Below, in pieces: positions 26,159-38,355 of a stretch of DNA of 64,000 nucleotides (its first letter is position 1; each line of letters begins with the position of its first letter). Below the pieces are notes generated by a model. It was not told where the DNA came from. It saw only the letters and a program-made list of their open reading frames with translations, and ran no database searches. This DNA is from Amoebophrya sp. A120 (lineage: Eukaryota; Protista; Dinoflagellata), in assembly GCA_905178155.1 (NCBI GenBank), contig CAJINV010000009.1:3466768-3530767 (forward strand), in the 5' to 3' direction. Made by a program: the position numbers and the translations under genes.

Positions 26159-26961
26159 GCTCAGATAGAAGAGGAGGTCTTTTTTTATACAGAAGTGTTT
26201 CTCAACCTCAACATCGACGCAGCGGGAGAATGTTGACGTTGACGTGTGAAAAACCAATAGAGCGGTGCATTTTTTGCACTTTGTTTCATCATACTGCACT
26301 CACTAATATCATTATCACGTCGTATTTCTATGTACCAAATTTCAATTTCTGTCTTTAGTTCCCCACTTTCTTTTTTGTAGGTTCGAATCGTGCTATCGTC
26401 CCCAACTGATTTTGATAACTACAAGAACGTCTTCCTCAGTTGTACCAGTTGCAGTTTTGAGTTTTCTGGCTGTAGATTTTATTGAACTTTAAGTGTAAAA
26501 CTAAAAATCGCGCTCCTGTTGTATTTAGAATTCCCTCATCGGCATCGTAACACGACACATTTTAAACAGTTCAAATCATACACACTGCATTCATCTCGTC
26601 TATTGTCCAATAAGACTCTGTGTACGGGTTCGTGCAGAGCGATTGATGCGACCTTTGCAGATGACAGGTCTGGATCCCTTGTTTTGTTTGTTCGCTTTGT
26701 TCGAGCGTGCCATCAGCAGCTGCAGATTGATATTTCGAGAGCAGACGAGACGACGAAGGTTTTTGCATTGAGCTTGTTGTTGTGTTTTTAGTTGCGAGGG
26801 CAAAGCAGTTGAGAGTAAGCCTGCGTTTTTCAGAAGAGCGAAGATGTGAAGATTGCGAGGACAAAGGCGAGAAGATAGGTGGAGCGCCTTTGGGCGTAGC
26901 CTTCAACAACGCAATTTCCTGTCTCAGATTCAGCCAAAAGAAAACCTACGCTACGTGTGGC

Positions 26962-28066
26962 TGTTAACCATGTGCGTAGGCATCGATCGGGCGCTGAGGT
27001 AGGGTCGCGCAGAGGGGCAATTCCCCCGCCGCACCTCGTGGGGCGCAGAGAGACGCGGCGCGCCTGTTGTCTGGCAGGCTAAAGAAGAGCAGCACGACCC
27101 GGGAACGGGGCTCGCCTCGCCGGGCCCGAACGCGCGGGCCAGAAACACAGTGGCGGCCTCCTGTGTCCGCCTGCTGTCGGTGTGTCTCCCCACCCCGCTG
27201 AGGATGCAACCCGCGAGCGGCCGACCAAGAACGACCACGCCAAGGCCTCTGCTGGTGCGGCTGCCTCGTCCGGCGAACGCCACTCCGCATCCGGCCCAGG
27301 CCCCCCGCGGCCTTCCAGGCCGGCGCAGGAGTCAGCGAAACGGCCACGGCGCCCACAATCGGGCCGGCGCGGTTTCCGGGTTGTGTATTTTATTGCACAG
27401 GGCAGCGCCGCCACGTGCTCACGCAGTCAGTCACTGCGGGGGCCTGCCGGTCCTGTATGTTCGGCAGCCCCAGCGTCGGCCCTGGCGCCGTCGCCCGGCG
27501 GGCAGAGACCTGCGTCCGCCCTTGCTGGTTCTGCTGGTCCGTTGGCCGTCGGCCCTTTCGTGCGTGCCCCCGTCTTCCGTATGTGTGGCGCGCGCCTGCT
27601 TGCCAGCGAGCGCTGGGCCCGCCCGTCGCGGGAGCGCACCCGCCCTGGCGCCCGCTGTGGTAGGCTGCTGTGAATGGCCCCAGTGGTCGGGGATAGTGCT
27701 CCGAGCGCATGGCCGGAGCAAATAGCGGATTGGCGCGCTCCTTTAGCGCCAACTTTCCACTCATATTCTGCTCTCCGGCTCTGACAGATTTCAGTATTCT
27801 GTCTTCTCGAGTTCCTTGTCATACAGCACTTCTGCACGGCGATCAGCGAGCGATGAGGGCAGAGGTCGTCGACGAGGGTAGAGCCGGATGGAAAATAGGA
27901 GAAATGTGATTGAGAGTGAATAGATTGCCCCTCTGGTTCTTGGTGCGTGCTGCTCTCGTCATCTTCTCGCGCCAAAAGGAAAAGGTGCTGAGGGTAAGAT
28001 TTTGTTCAATACAAGCGCGCCACAGGAAATAAGCAGAAGCACTTCAAAGCATTTACTTCATGTTCA
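26962..28066. mobile_element. Candidate solo LTR (1.1 kb, GC-rich)
   Basis: Starts TGTTAA and ends TGTTCA; perfect 6-bp flanking duplication TGTGGC (26956-26961 and 28067-28072); composition differs from flanks; no credible ORF. Confidence 0.55.
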
Positions 28067-28208
28067 TGTGGCCGCAGGCTGAGACGGCCGCGTGAAAGTC
28101 GCAAAGCCTTATACCTCTCTTCTTCTTCTTCTTCTTCACCACTTTCTTTCCGTCGAATCTAGCAAGCACTCAAACGCACACCAGCAAAAAGAAAAACCAA
28201 ACTTAAAG

Positions 28209-29742
28209 ATGGCGTCTGCAACCGCCCACGCCAAGCGCGAGATGCTTGACCAGCTGCAGCAGGCGATGTGGTGGCCGGTGTCTTCGTCCGCAACTACGGG
28301 AAAAATCACCACTACGAAAAGGTCCATCGGTGGAGGTTCCTCTGCTTCATCATCTTCCTATTCTACCAGCTTTTTGTCTTCGGAGAACGACCCAGCAACG
28401 TCTGGTCAATTGACGTCCTCGCGCAACACTTCTAGGGATTTTGCTTTTTCTCCAGCATCGCCATTTTCTCCTACTTCAGACCGATCTCGTACATCAAGAA
28501 CAAACACGGTCGTCCACATGAAGACCAAAGCCAGACACTTGCCAAGCAAATCTGGCACGACGAGCTTCTACGCCCAGATTCCGAAAGTGCCCCTCTGCGA
28601 AGATTTAGACGACCAAGTGTTGCGGAAGGGAGAAGCCTGCTTTTCGGACTGCGGAAAAAGTATTTGTTTCTTTGTCATGCAGTTTCCGCTTTCGGGATTT
28701 CTTGTTCTTCGGATGAAGTTAGTGTTGCATGATCTGCATGACAGGTAAACACATCTCCATTACGATTACCCAATCTTCCACAACAGCTCGCGGCAAACAA
28801 AAATGCCCTCAGCGGGTTTTGGAGCACGGCTTGGGTTTCTCCAAGGACGAGGAGTGCAAATCTACGGTCGAATGCGTGGCGGAGGACCGGGTTTTGTGTC
28901 AAGCGAATAAAGGCGGCGTCGCGGAGGCGGGATTTGATTTCTTCGCCGCTGCACCAGCAGCTTTTGCGGCAGCTACGACGACTTCGACTACACTCGTCGA
29001 AGCTGCATCAAGTACTAGTAGCGCAGCAGCTGCAACAACAGCCGCAACCTCGGCGTCTGGTGTGCAAACTACCTTCTCCGCGGGTCTCGGATTGCTCTCG
29101 CTGTTTTTGTCCGCCTTACCGGAATTCGGGGTCGCGGTGCAACAGCAGCAACAGACAGCTGCGAGTTCTACTTCGGTAGTAACCTCCGGAACCACGACTA
29201 CGGATGCCACCAATCCCCTCACTGCAACGACAACGTCTATTACCGGAATAGACAGTCAGTATTTCGACGAGGGAACGTTAACAGCGGGAAGTGAGGAGTA
29301 CGACGAACCAGAACCTTATTTCGAGCCATTACCAGAACCGGAGCAGGACGAGGTGACGAGCAAAGAGGATGAAGACCAGAAGAACACTACTGGGGGGACC
29401 GCCGCGTCTTCTACTACGTCCAACGCAGCCGCCTCTTTCCCTGACAAGCACAACCGCCCCAAGAACTCGTGTCAGCAAAACCAAATCAACCAATTCAAAC
29501 AACCGAAGAACAACTTGGATTTGGAAAGCCTGTGTCACGGGCTAGCTGGTCCGGGAAGTGGGAAAAATTCGGCTTCTACCACGTCCTCGTCATCGTCGTT
29601 CAGAGCGACAGGTGGAAACAAGATGAATCCAATCCGAGACCACGGCAAGAACTCCGGAAGATCAGGAACAACCGGGCGAGAAAGAGATCGGGACCACAGA
29701 CAACTTCTGGAATTTGATGCGGATGGAGAGGTGATTTTTTGA
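28209..29742 (+). CDS. Ser/Thr-rich protein with small Cys-rich domain; GT-AG intron 28660-28786
   Basis: Phase-compatible GT-AG intron joins ..CFSDCGK to TRGKQKCP..; start codon uncertain. Confidence 0.55.
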
Positions 29743-30108
29743 AATTTTGGTAAAAGCGGGGCACACGACGTTTCTGACTGTACGTTTCCTAGAACTAATA
29801 ACGCAGAACTTTACTTCAACTTTTTAGCTTGGATATACAAAGACTATTGTGTTTAAGACGGAATTGGAAGAGGAACCCCATTGCCACTGATTTTCCGTCT
29901 CAAATCTAGCGATATGCAGACGTTTGCGTAGAAATGTTTGTATGATATTCAGGATAACAAGGTTGTAATGTTTGCTCGACCAGAACAGCCTCGCAATGGC
30001 TTCTCGAAGGAGAGAAAATCCTAACTGAGTCGACGCGTTTGCCACGACGTGGTAGTTGAAGTCGACCCTGCAATGCTCGGCGCAGGTGTATAATTCGCTG
30101 TCTTGTTG

Positions 30109-31375
30109 GAGCGAGGTAACAAACCCAAACGAGAACTTCGCGGTTGAGTTCTCATCCGGCCGGCCGGCCGGATGAGAACTCAACCACATCAGCGGCGGAA
30201 ATCGACCGGCTGGTCGTCCTGGTCAATTGGCCCGCCATTCGCTCGGGCGAAAGGGGGGGGGGGCGGCCTGCTGGAGACCGACGCTTCCCTCACTCCACTT
30301 TCGCCGGGGGCCGTGTGCAACACAAAAACGCTACGCGCGCCTGCTGTGAATACAGAGAAGCTACGCTATGCAGCGGGGCAGAAGTTGGAAAATTTTAAAG
30401 GTGGCGCATTGTGCGCGCCCGCCGCGGGCGCGCTTTCATAGTTGGACTGCGCTATGCCTTTTGGCTTCTGGGTGGAATTCGAAAGAATTGAATGCAAAAA
30501 CATTCGCGGGGCTCGCAAACGCAATAGGCAAAATTTCGCGGGGCGCGCAACGCGCGCCCGCTATACGTTGCAATCGCCGGCCCAGAAAGCGCGTCCGCGC
30601 GCCTCTCCGCTGGCTCATGCTTGCTTCGGCGCAACAGTTGGCAGATGCGCCGGATCCGGGTCGGACGCGCTTCGCGCGTCCACCGACTTGCGTGATGGGA
30701 GGCGGGGCCTCGCTCGGCGCGCCGGGCAACCAATCTCCGACGCGCCGCGCGCGCTGCCCTTTGTTTCTGCCGGCGCCCGAATCCTGCGGCGCGTCGGGCT
30801 CCAAAGCTGCCCCCACCCGATAGCAGGGACAATGCAAATGGCCTGGGCCGCGCTTATGTGTGCCTCCGCCGGGCTACTGGCGCCCTAGCAATCTTTATCG
30901 TTTCCCACACGCGAAGGCGGCGCAGCAGGATGGCCCGCGCGCGCAAGTTGTACGCTGTTGCTTTGCTTCCTGGTGGGGTTCGTCGGCGCCCGGCCGCAGC
31001 CGGCATGGTCACTCAGCCAGCGCTGCGCGCCCGCGTTGGGCTGTGCCCCCATCCTCTGGGCCCCCAGGCTTATCGTCTTTTCCGGCGACTCGCAGTAGAA
31101 GTAGCAAACAACGCAGCTTCTGCTTCTTGGCTTTAGGCACTTGCCGCAGCTTTTGCATGACAAAGCTCGGGCTTTTTGCGTAGAAGTGAAACTGCGCAGC
31201 TGGGGGGTGACAATCAAGAAGAAGAGTGAGGCCGTCGACCAGGAGGGAAGAAGGGGACCCGGACGACCGGCCGGCCGATTTCAATCCGCCACAGATGTGG
31301 TTGAGTTCTCATCCGGCCGGCCGGCCGGATGAGAACTCAACCGCGAAGTTCTCGTTTGGGTTTGTTACCTCGCTC
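30109..31375. mobile_element. Non-autonomous DNA transposon with ~82-bp perfect TIRs and 3-bp TSD (TTG)
   Basis: GAGCGAGGTAACAAACCCAAAC.. at left and its exact reverse complement at right; TTG on both sides; each TIR contains a 44-bp palindrome; no transposase motif seen. Confidence 0.85.
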
Positions 31376-31402
31376 TTGGTGTTTTTTCGTCTAACCCGAG
31401 GT

Positions 31403-32490
31403 TGTTAGAGAGCGCTGAGGGGCTTGAGAGATGGTACGTGAGAGTCGCTGTGAAAGTGGTTCGTCGGCGACAGCGATTGCGTGTCAGCTCGAAGCACAAG
31501 AAAGCCGTCCGGACGTGGCGCGCTGTTGTGGTGGCTGGGGCTGGGTGGGGCCTGCGTGTTCGCATCCTTCAGGGAAGTGCTGGCGTGCCGGACCCCCGCC
31601 CACCGGCGCGGCTCATTGCGGGGCCGACAGGCTGGCGAGCCCCGTGGCCTGTGCAGTCCCTGCGCAGATTAAGTATACATAGGCGCGGCCCGGGCTTGGC
31701 CGTATTGTCCATCTCCAACGGCGCAAGACGAAACGAATGCGTGGGCCAGCGTCGGGCGCTGCCAGCCGCGCGATTGTTGTGATCACGCCCCACCTCCGCG
31801 GGCCCGCGCCACCTCGTCCAACTTGTGCGCCGCCCTGGGCCCGCCTTCCCCCGGGCGTCAGCGCTCGGCCCCGGGCCCCGTTTTTTTTTGCGCGGCGCGT
31901 TGATACGCCCCCGACAATGAATCCCCCGCGCCGCCCGGCCCTGCGCGGCCGGCGTGGCCTTTGATTGGGCCTGGCGGACGCCTTGCCCCCCCGCGCCCCC
32001 TTTCATTCCCTGGCGTTTGTTCGGGCCCCCGCGGCCTGCCGCTGGCAGGGATCGATGGCTTGTCCGCGGCGGCCGTTCGGTGTTTCGCCGTGTTCTCGCG
32101 CAGGTAGATTGCTTCATTTCTAGTGCGCGCGCCTGCTGAACCGCTGGGCGCCGCGCTAGTTCGGCCTGGCTGGACGTTATATCAATTGTTGTGTCGCGGG
32201 CCATCGACGTAGGTAAGCATGGAAGCTATGATATTGCTCCGCAATGTACACGTGCCCGTGCGGAAATTGTGGTGGCGCTAGTGCCATGCCCGTCCCGTAG
32301 TGGAGGGCGAGCATGACGGTCCGTATGTGTTGCGCAAGTAGGAGAGACAGGAGTGGAGCAGAGTTGGAAAATGCCGTGTGCTCTTGCGAGCAGATCGAGC
32401 TCGAGTGTGAGAGCAAGCCGATATTGGTTTCAATTTGATGTTTCTGGCTCATTTCCGGAGAGAAGACGCTTCTTCCAGAGAGACTCAACA
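31403..32490. mobile_element. Candidate solo LTR (1.09 kb, GC-rich)
   Basis: Ends TGTTAGAG and CTCAACA; flanks CGAGGT and CGAGAT (6 bp, one mismatch). Confidence 0.5.
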
Positions 32491-32619
32491 CGAGATGAAG
32501 CTTGGTAATGCAGATAATGCTCGCGCTTCGTCGTGATCGTGAAGACCTCGAGATGTGTCTGCTCTGGTTAAATTCTTGATGAAGAAACTCATACCGAGTA
32601 GAAAGAGCGGAGCAGGTGC

Positions 32620-33400
32620 CGGCGTTGTGTTGTCATAAAGGCCGGCGCCGTTCCGCTTCCGGTCCGGCCGCCCGGCGGGCAACTGGCGCCCAAGCGTCCT
32701 CCTTTGGCCCGCCGGAAGTAGCGACGAAGGAAAACGCGACGCCGGCACAGTTTCCGCGTTGTGGGGATCGCCCAGCGCAGCTGCGCACTGCTGCGAAGAT
32801 TCGGAGCGCGGCGCCACGCGGGAAATCATGCCGCGAAATGATAGACCACCAAGGCCGGCCCCGAGCATCTTCCAGGTCGGCCCCGGGGATCTTCCAGCGC
32901 CCCGGCCATTTGCCCCGCCCGCGTGGCGTAATGGTCCGCCTGTCAGAGTGCTCCGCGCGCGCTGAGGGGGGGGGGCGCGCCCGTGATTTGTGCGTTTGCG
33001 CCCCTGTGCATGGCCCGGGCGGCCGAGACACGCGGGCCGGCCTTTCGGGCGGCCGGTCGGCCCCTGGCGCGCCATACTCTTCGAAACGCCCCGACGCTTT
33101 TACTCAGGAGCCTGGCCGCCCCCCCCTTGTGGCCGTTGGTTCGCACACATTGCCGGCCTGGGGGGGCTCTTGTATGTGCTTTTGTGGGGTAGGGTGCCGG
33201 GCGCCGTGTCCTACGCACGCTCGCACGCTGCCAAGGCTCTACTCTGTGTGTAGGCCCGCGGCAGACGCGGATGGCGGCCGCGCGATGACGTATGCTTGCG
33301 CAAGAGCGCCGCCACATGGTGCAGGTAGTGTCATTGAGTCTTGAGTGCCATGTGGGACGGCAGCCCGGAGACATGGCCGTGTCTCCACGAAGTTTCCGTG
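32620..33400. repeat. GC-rich island, probably another transposon fragment; ends unresolved
   Basis: Composition like the neighbouring elements; only spurious overlapping Arg/Pro/Gly ORFs; no TSD found. Confidence 0.35.
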
Positions 33401-33881
33401 TGTATCAGCATGCAGAGGTGAGCTCTTGCACTACTAATTAGAAGTGGAATAGAGGCGGCAAAGCGAGGACAGCAGCTAGCTTTCGGAAACAATATAAACA
33501 ATAAAAGGACGTCGAGGAAAACTACTACAGTAGCGCGAGAGTGAGACATGTGGAAGGCTACTCGTTGACCACTTGAGTGGTTCGCGCAGACGAGACCAAC
33601 AGGCTTGATCATCATTATGAGAGCACTCGCCATTTTCGTCGTTGTCGTTGTTTCATTCCTTCGTGGCACAGGTCAGAACATCAGTCATGTTGGTTGATCA
33701 TGCTCAAATAGCGATCACATCGCTCGGATACTCTTGGCGCAACTGACCGCCTTTTCGTGGGTGCTTCAATTTGTGAGGTAAATCTAAAGCACGACTAGCG
33801 GAACAAACGCACTATATCTTCCATAAAAAAGCAAGACGTTTTTCGCAGCGCCCCTGCGATCGAAGAAAGCGTCAAACTAAA

Positions 33882-35341
33882 ATGTACACGACCGCACTCA
33901 ATCTCCAAGCAGCAAGAAGCTCAAGTTCATCTTTCGACCCTTCCCCAGCGGTTCTTCTTCCGACGAGCGAACTTCTGAACATTTCCTCCACTAAAAACAA
34001 CGACTACTTCTGCGAATTCTGTCTGTTCCACCTGGTGATCTTGTCGATTCTCGCCCGTGTGTACCTCACGAAGGAGTTCTCGACGAAGGGACTTTCGTTT
34101 TTGACCAGGATGCTCTTGTAAAGTAAGACTCGATAGTACACTCTAATACGACCCCCTCCTCGACAGTGTGTACAACAACTCATTTGATTTCTCATCCGCA
34201 CTTGCAAGCAGCTTCACTGAAGACGCGGGTTTTCTGGCATTGGCATTGCTGGTCGACCAGGGGCAGCGCAACAAATCTACTTCGTCCAGCAACAGCTGCA
34301 AGAAGATGCAGCGCAAAGTGTACACCTCCGCGAAAACCACCAGTGCTGCGCACAGCACGAATTCCCCGAAAAGAACCGTGCCAACGGCCGGAGGGAAAAA
34401 GGTGGAGCAGAATTTGGCCGCGGAAGCAGAGGCAAAGGTACTACTGTAACTGTTGTTTGTGTTGCAGATTATGCAAGAAAATGAAAAGGAATAAGTCAAT
34501 AAACTGTACTAGTCTGTCCTCGTTGAAAATATGTCGATTATTGCAAGAACCGCAATGCAAAGCCAAAGTTCACTTCTCTCAAAAAATATCAAAACAGAAA
34601 CTCGCCCTTCTGAAGCAAGAGCATGAGAAGTTGTTGGGAAATATCACAGGAAAAAGTGTAAACGTATAACGGAATTTGTGATGCAGCAATGCATCACTAA
34701 ACGTGCTAAAATTTGTCATGCATAACATGCATACTGGACTACATTTGTGATGCATGAGTGCAATCTGTGAAAACCGTTCACGTCAACACTTTTGCTTGTG
34801 ATAGGAAAACGAGAACAGCTGGCGTACCAGATCGAAAGCGCACAACAGAGGAGCAAGGAGATGCAGTATTGGATTGTTTTTCGTACATGATGTATTGTGT
34901 GTGTGGTTTGTGCATGACAAAATACCCTTACAACGCACCTTCCGCATGACAAAGTGCCACCACGTCGAAAATATTTAAAAACAGCGAAGAAAAGGCCTTT
35001 CTCGAGGGGGAGCTGAACCGGGTGCAGCAGCAGGGGGAGCAGCAAGAGAAGCAAGTGGAGGAGGAGTTATCCTGTGCAAAAGTATCGTACTCGTAGGAAT
35101 TGCAGTCATGCATTACAAATCTCGTTCTTAAGGCAAATCAGCATGACAAATTCCATTTGTCATGCTGAGCGAATTTGTATTGCATTTACTATTAGTACGA
35201 TGCTTTTGCAATTCATAGGAATTAAAGACTTGCAAAGCGGAACTCGAGACCTCGATCCATAAACTGCACTACTCGGCGACCGAAAACGAGGTGCAACTCG
35301 GGAACTACGTGGGCTCGGTGTTTGAGAAAACGAAGTCGTAG
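33882..35341 (+). CDS. Coiled-coil hypothetical protein; several short introns plus introners at 34642 and 35068; 5' structure uncertain
   Basis: KLALLKQEHEKLLGK/REQLAYQIESAQQRSKEM and EKQVEEE/LKTCKAELETSIHKL are rebuilt across the elements; stop TAG 35341. Confidence 0.5.
34642..34803. mobile_element. Introner family J (TIR TATCACAGGAAAAAGTGT)
   Basis: DR ggaaa; frame restored. Confidence 0.82.
35068..35217. mobile_element. Introner family B
   Basis: DR ggagt/ggaat; frame restored. Confidence 0.88.
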
Positions 35342-36161
35342 GACTCGGTGGTGCCGCACAAGGAAGAACATACTACCGCTGTGAAGTGCTATGATTGTAT
35401 GAAGAGCTACTTCTCAATTTAACTTGTACAAACGAAACCTCTCTGCTGGTAGTGGTAGAGCAAATTAGATGAAAACTAACCTGACCCACCTATGAATGTA
35501 TTGTGTAAGATGATGGAACTACTGTATGATTATGATACCAAGTACCCCCCAAAAGAAACTTGTAGTAAACGTGGATCTTGTAGATGAAGTTTCTGCACCA
35601 GCAGTGGCGCATTCTGTCGAGAGCCTTTGGTTCTTGTTTCGGTTTTGCAATCATTGACAGGACTTTTGACGAGAACATAACTCTCAGTAAAGAACTTTTC
35701 TGCGACTCAACTTGTAACAAGTCCTGATGACCCCCTACACTGGAAAAAAAAAGCAGCATCGTCTTCACGGAAGCTAGGAGGCAGGTAAAAAGTGTTCAAC
35801 ATCCGGGATTTTCGCGTCTGCAGTTGAACCGGGCGTGTGAGTGTGGAAGAGATATTGAGGGAGGATTTAGTAAGTAAAACGATGACGAGAGCTGCCCCAG
35901 GTTGGACGATCTTCTACTTCTGCCTGGCCCATCTAAAACATCAGGCCACCGTTAATATCGTGATCTATTTGAAGAAGAAAGAGAGCAAGAAAACGAAAAG
36001 ATCAAATCGTTTTTCAAGTCGTGAACAAGCGCGATCCTTGCTTACCAATGTTGAGCTTGTAACAAACATGGCTCTTCTGATTCTCTCCTGACCGTCAAGG
36101 ACTGGACTTCCGACGGCCAGTAATATCTTGTTCACACCTACTCTACAACCGGCCGGCAATC

Positions 36162-37940
36162 ATGGGTAACCACTACGGTTTCTGCAGTTGCATCCAGCAG
36201 GATGAGGTTGGCGCAAAGGAAAAATTCGGGGAATTTATCGGTTTCGCGGAGCCGGGGTTCCACTGCTTCCCCGTGCCATGTGTCTGTGGTTTGAACGACA
36301 TGGTGGCATCAAAACGGGTGCAATTCGACACGGTCAGGTGCGAAACAAAGACGAAGGACCACGTATACGAAGTTGTGCTGTATTTTTAACCTGCATTCTT
36401 TTTTCCGACAATCTAAATCTCTGTTGCGTGATGTGTATGCAACGTAGCAGCATGACTTTCTTATGCATGCCGGTATTTCATCTTCTTCTGCATCACAAAA
36501 AATGAAAATCCTAGGTCTTCGTCGAGGTTTCTATCCAGGTTCAATTTGAGGTGGACTACTCAAATCTCGACACGCTCTATAACGTGTTCTACAAAGTGGA
36601 CTCCTTCACGACCAGGATAGACCGGTATGTCAAGGACATCATCCGGGCGAAGATACCGTTGTTAACTCTCGACGAATTGTTCCTCGACACGGCGTCGATT
36701 AAAGAAGATATGTACGACCGCATGAAGGAAGTTATGGCCGTTTTCGGGTACCGGCTGCTTGACACTTTGCTCGTCGACATCGAGCCGAACAAAATGGTTG
36801 CCGGGGCCATGAACGAGATAGAAAAGGTATCAAAAGGAAAAATCCCCCCACCCCACATTAAAAAGAAGTGTCTGATGCTGGATTTCAGTAGTACACAAAT
36901 CGGACTTGTCATGCAGTAGAGGACTGCAGGCACATGCCAAGCCTGAGCCGGGATGTTTTGGCGTAGGCTCCTTGCATGAAAAACGTCGATGGTGTAGGCC
37001 CAACAGCATCACAAACCGCCTGCATGATACGGCGGATTCTCTGGATTTGCCTGCATGCAAGACAGACAGGATTTGTGGCGACAAATCCGCATCACAGATT
37101 TTCAGAAGGATGCGCTTTGAATATGGGGAGGGGGGATTTTTCCTCATAATAAAAGGAGAAAAGATTAAGACTAGCGGCTTTCAACCGGGCGGAAGCGGAC
37201 AAAATCGCGATTGTCAAGCACGGAGAGGCCACGGCGGAAGAAAAGTATACAATCGTAGTTGTTGTGATGTTTTTTTCAAAAGAGTTTGTGATGCAGAGTC
37301 AGCATTGTCATCTCTAGGTTTGTGTACTTACTTAATTCCTTATACGTGACGCAACATTCCATAAATTGAAATCTATCAGGCGTCTCAATGGTGAGGGGCT
37401 CGCGTATGGCGTTCTCAAACGTTACATTCTCAACTGTTGCATGATTTGTGATGCAAGAATGGCAACAGGGAAAGGCCGGATCTTGTAACTCTTGCATTAC
37501 AAATTCGGCACAGATTCCCATGCTGTTTAGCCCTTCCAAAATTTGTCATGCGAGGTAGCTTCACTGTGTGGACGTTAATGCTCATTCTGCATGACAAATC
37601 ATGTAACAGTTGAGACTGTAACAGTTGAGAACGCCATATCGCGAAGATGCGCAACGCGATCATCGACGGCCTTTCAGAATCGCTCGATATCTTCGAATCT
37701 TCCACCGCCGCTACGGGCGAAGGGGGGAAGGAGGGGAAAATCAATCGGCACGAGGTTCTCGACTTGCTGTTAATAGCGCAGTACTTCGACTACTTAGGGG
37801 AAGTCGGCGGGGGGAAGTTTTCGCTGAAGAGGAAAACCGAATTTAACACGGAAACAAATTTCTTGCAACATAATCCGGGGGCTATGAAAACGGTTCGGGA
37901 AATCATCAAACAAAGTATTGCCAGCCCGGAACTCGGGTGA
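36162..37940 (+). CDS. SPFH/band-7 protein, hypersensitive-induced-response (HIR)-like, paralogue 1
   Basis: CETKTKDH/VFV, TLDELF, LLVDIEP, AMNEI, GEGLAKMRNAIIDGL, LLLIAQYFD, HNPG; GT-AG introns 36363-36514 and 37245-37379; introners 36828 and 37405. Confidence 0.9.
36828..37151. mobile_element. Introner family G
   Basis: DR aaagg; MNEIEK/EKRLRLAA restored. Confidence 0.9.
37405..37638. mobile_element. Introner family C
   Basis: DR tcgcg; GEGLA/KMRNAI restored. Confidence 0.9.
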
Positions 37941-38355
37941 CGGTGAAGCAGTGGAGGATGCTAGTACCGCTTGACAGTACATACAAACAAAGACTACCCA
38001 AAAACACAATGTACTGCTCTCGCCGAATAAACTACACTTCAACTGATCATGAAATGCTGGCTTCGCGCGGTGTGCCATGTGCGGAGCCACACATTGCACC
38101 GCCGGGGCAAGATGGACGCTCGGCTGCGTTGCGCATCCCAAGATAGAACAATATTGAAACGCTTGTCCCCAGTTGTTGAACATAGAAGACACGTCTGAGT
38201 GCTTCCACGAGTGATGTGTTTCTTCCGACACTGACGGGGCCGGCTCGAGCTCGACTAGTTTCAGTTTGTTCATTGTGCACTGCTGGTTTGTTAGTAGATT
38301 GATAAAGAACTGAAGCAGGGGCACCTTCTTGTACTCCCTCTACTAGTAACTCAAG

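Noticed and set aside
27731-27753. Hairpin TTGGCGC..GCGCCAA as a Helitron 3' end or terminator
   Set aside because: No CTRR terminus follows, and it lies inside the candidate solo LTR.
26951-33400. Many overlapping Arg/Pro/Gly/Ala-rich ORFs on both strands
   Set aside because: Expected from high GC content and few stop codons; no recognisable domains.
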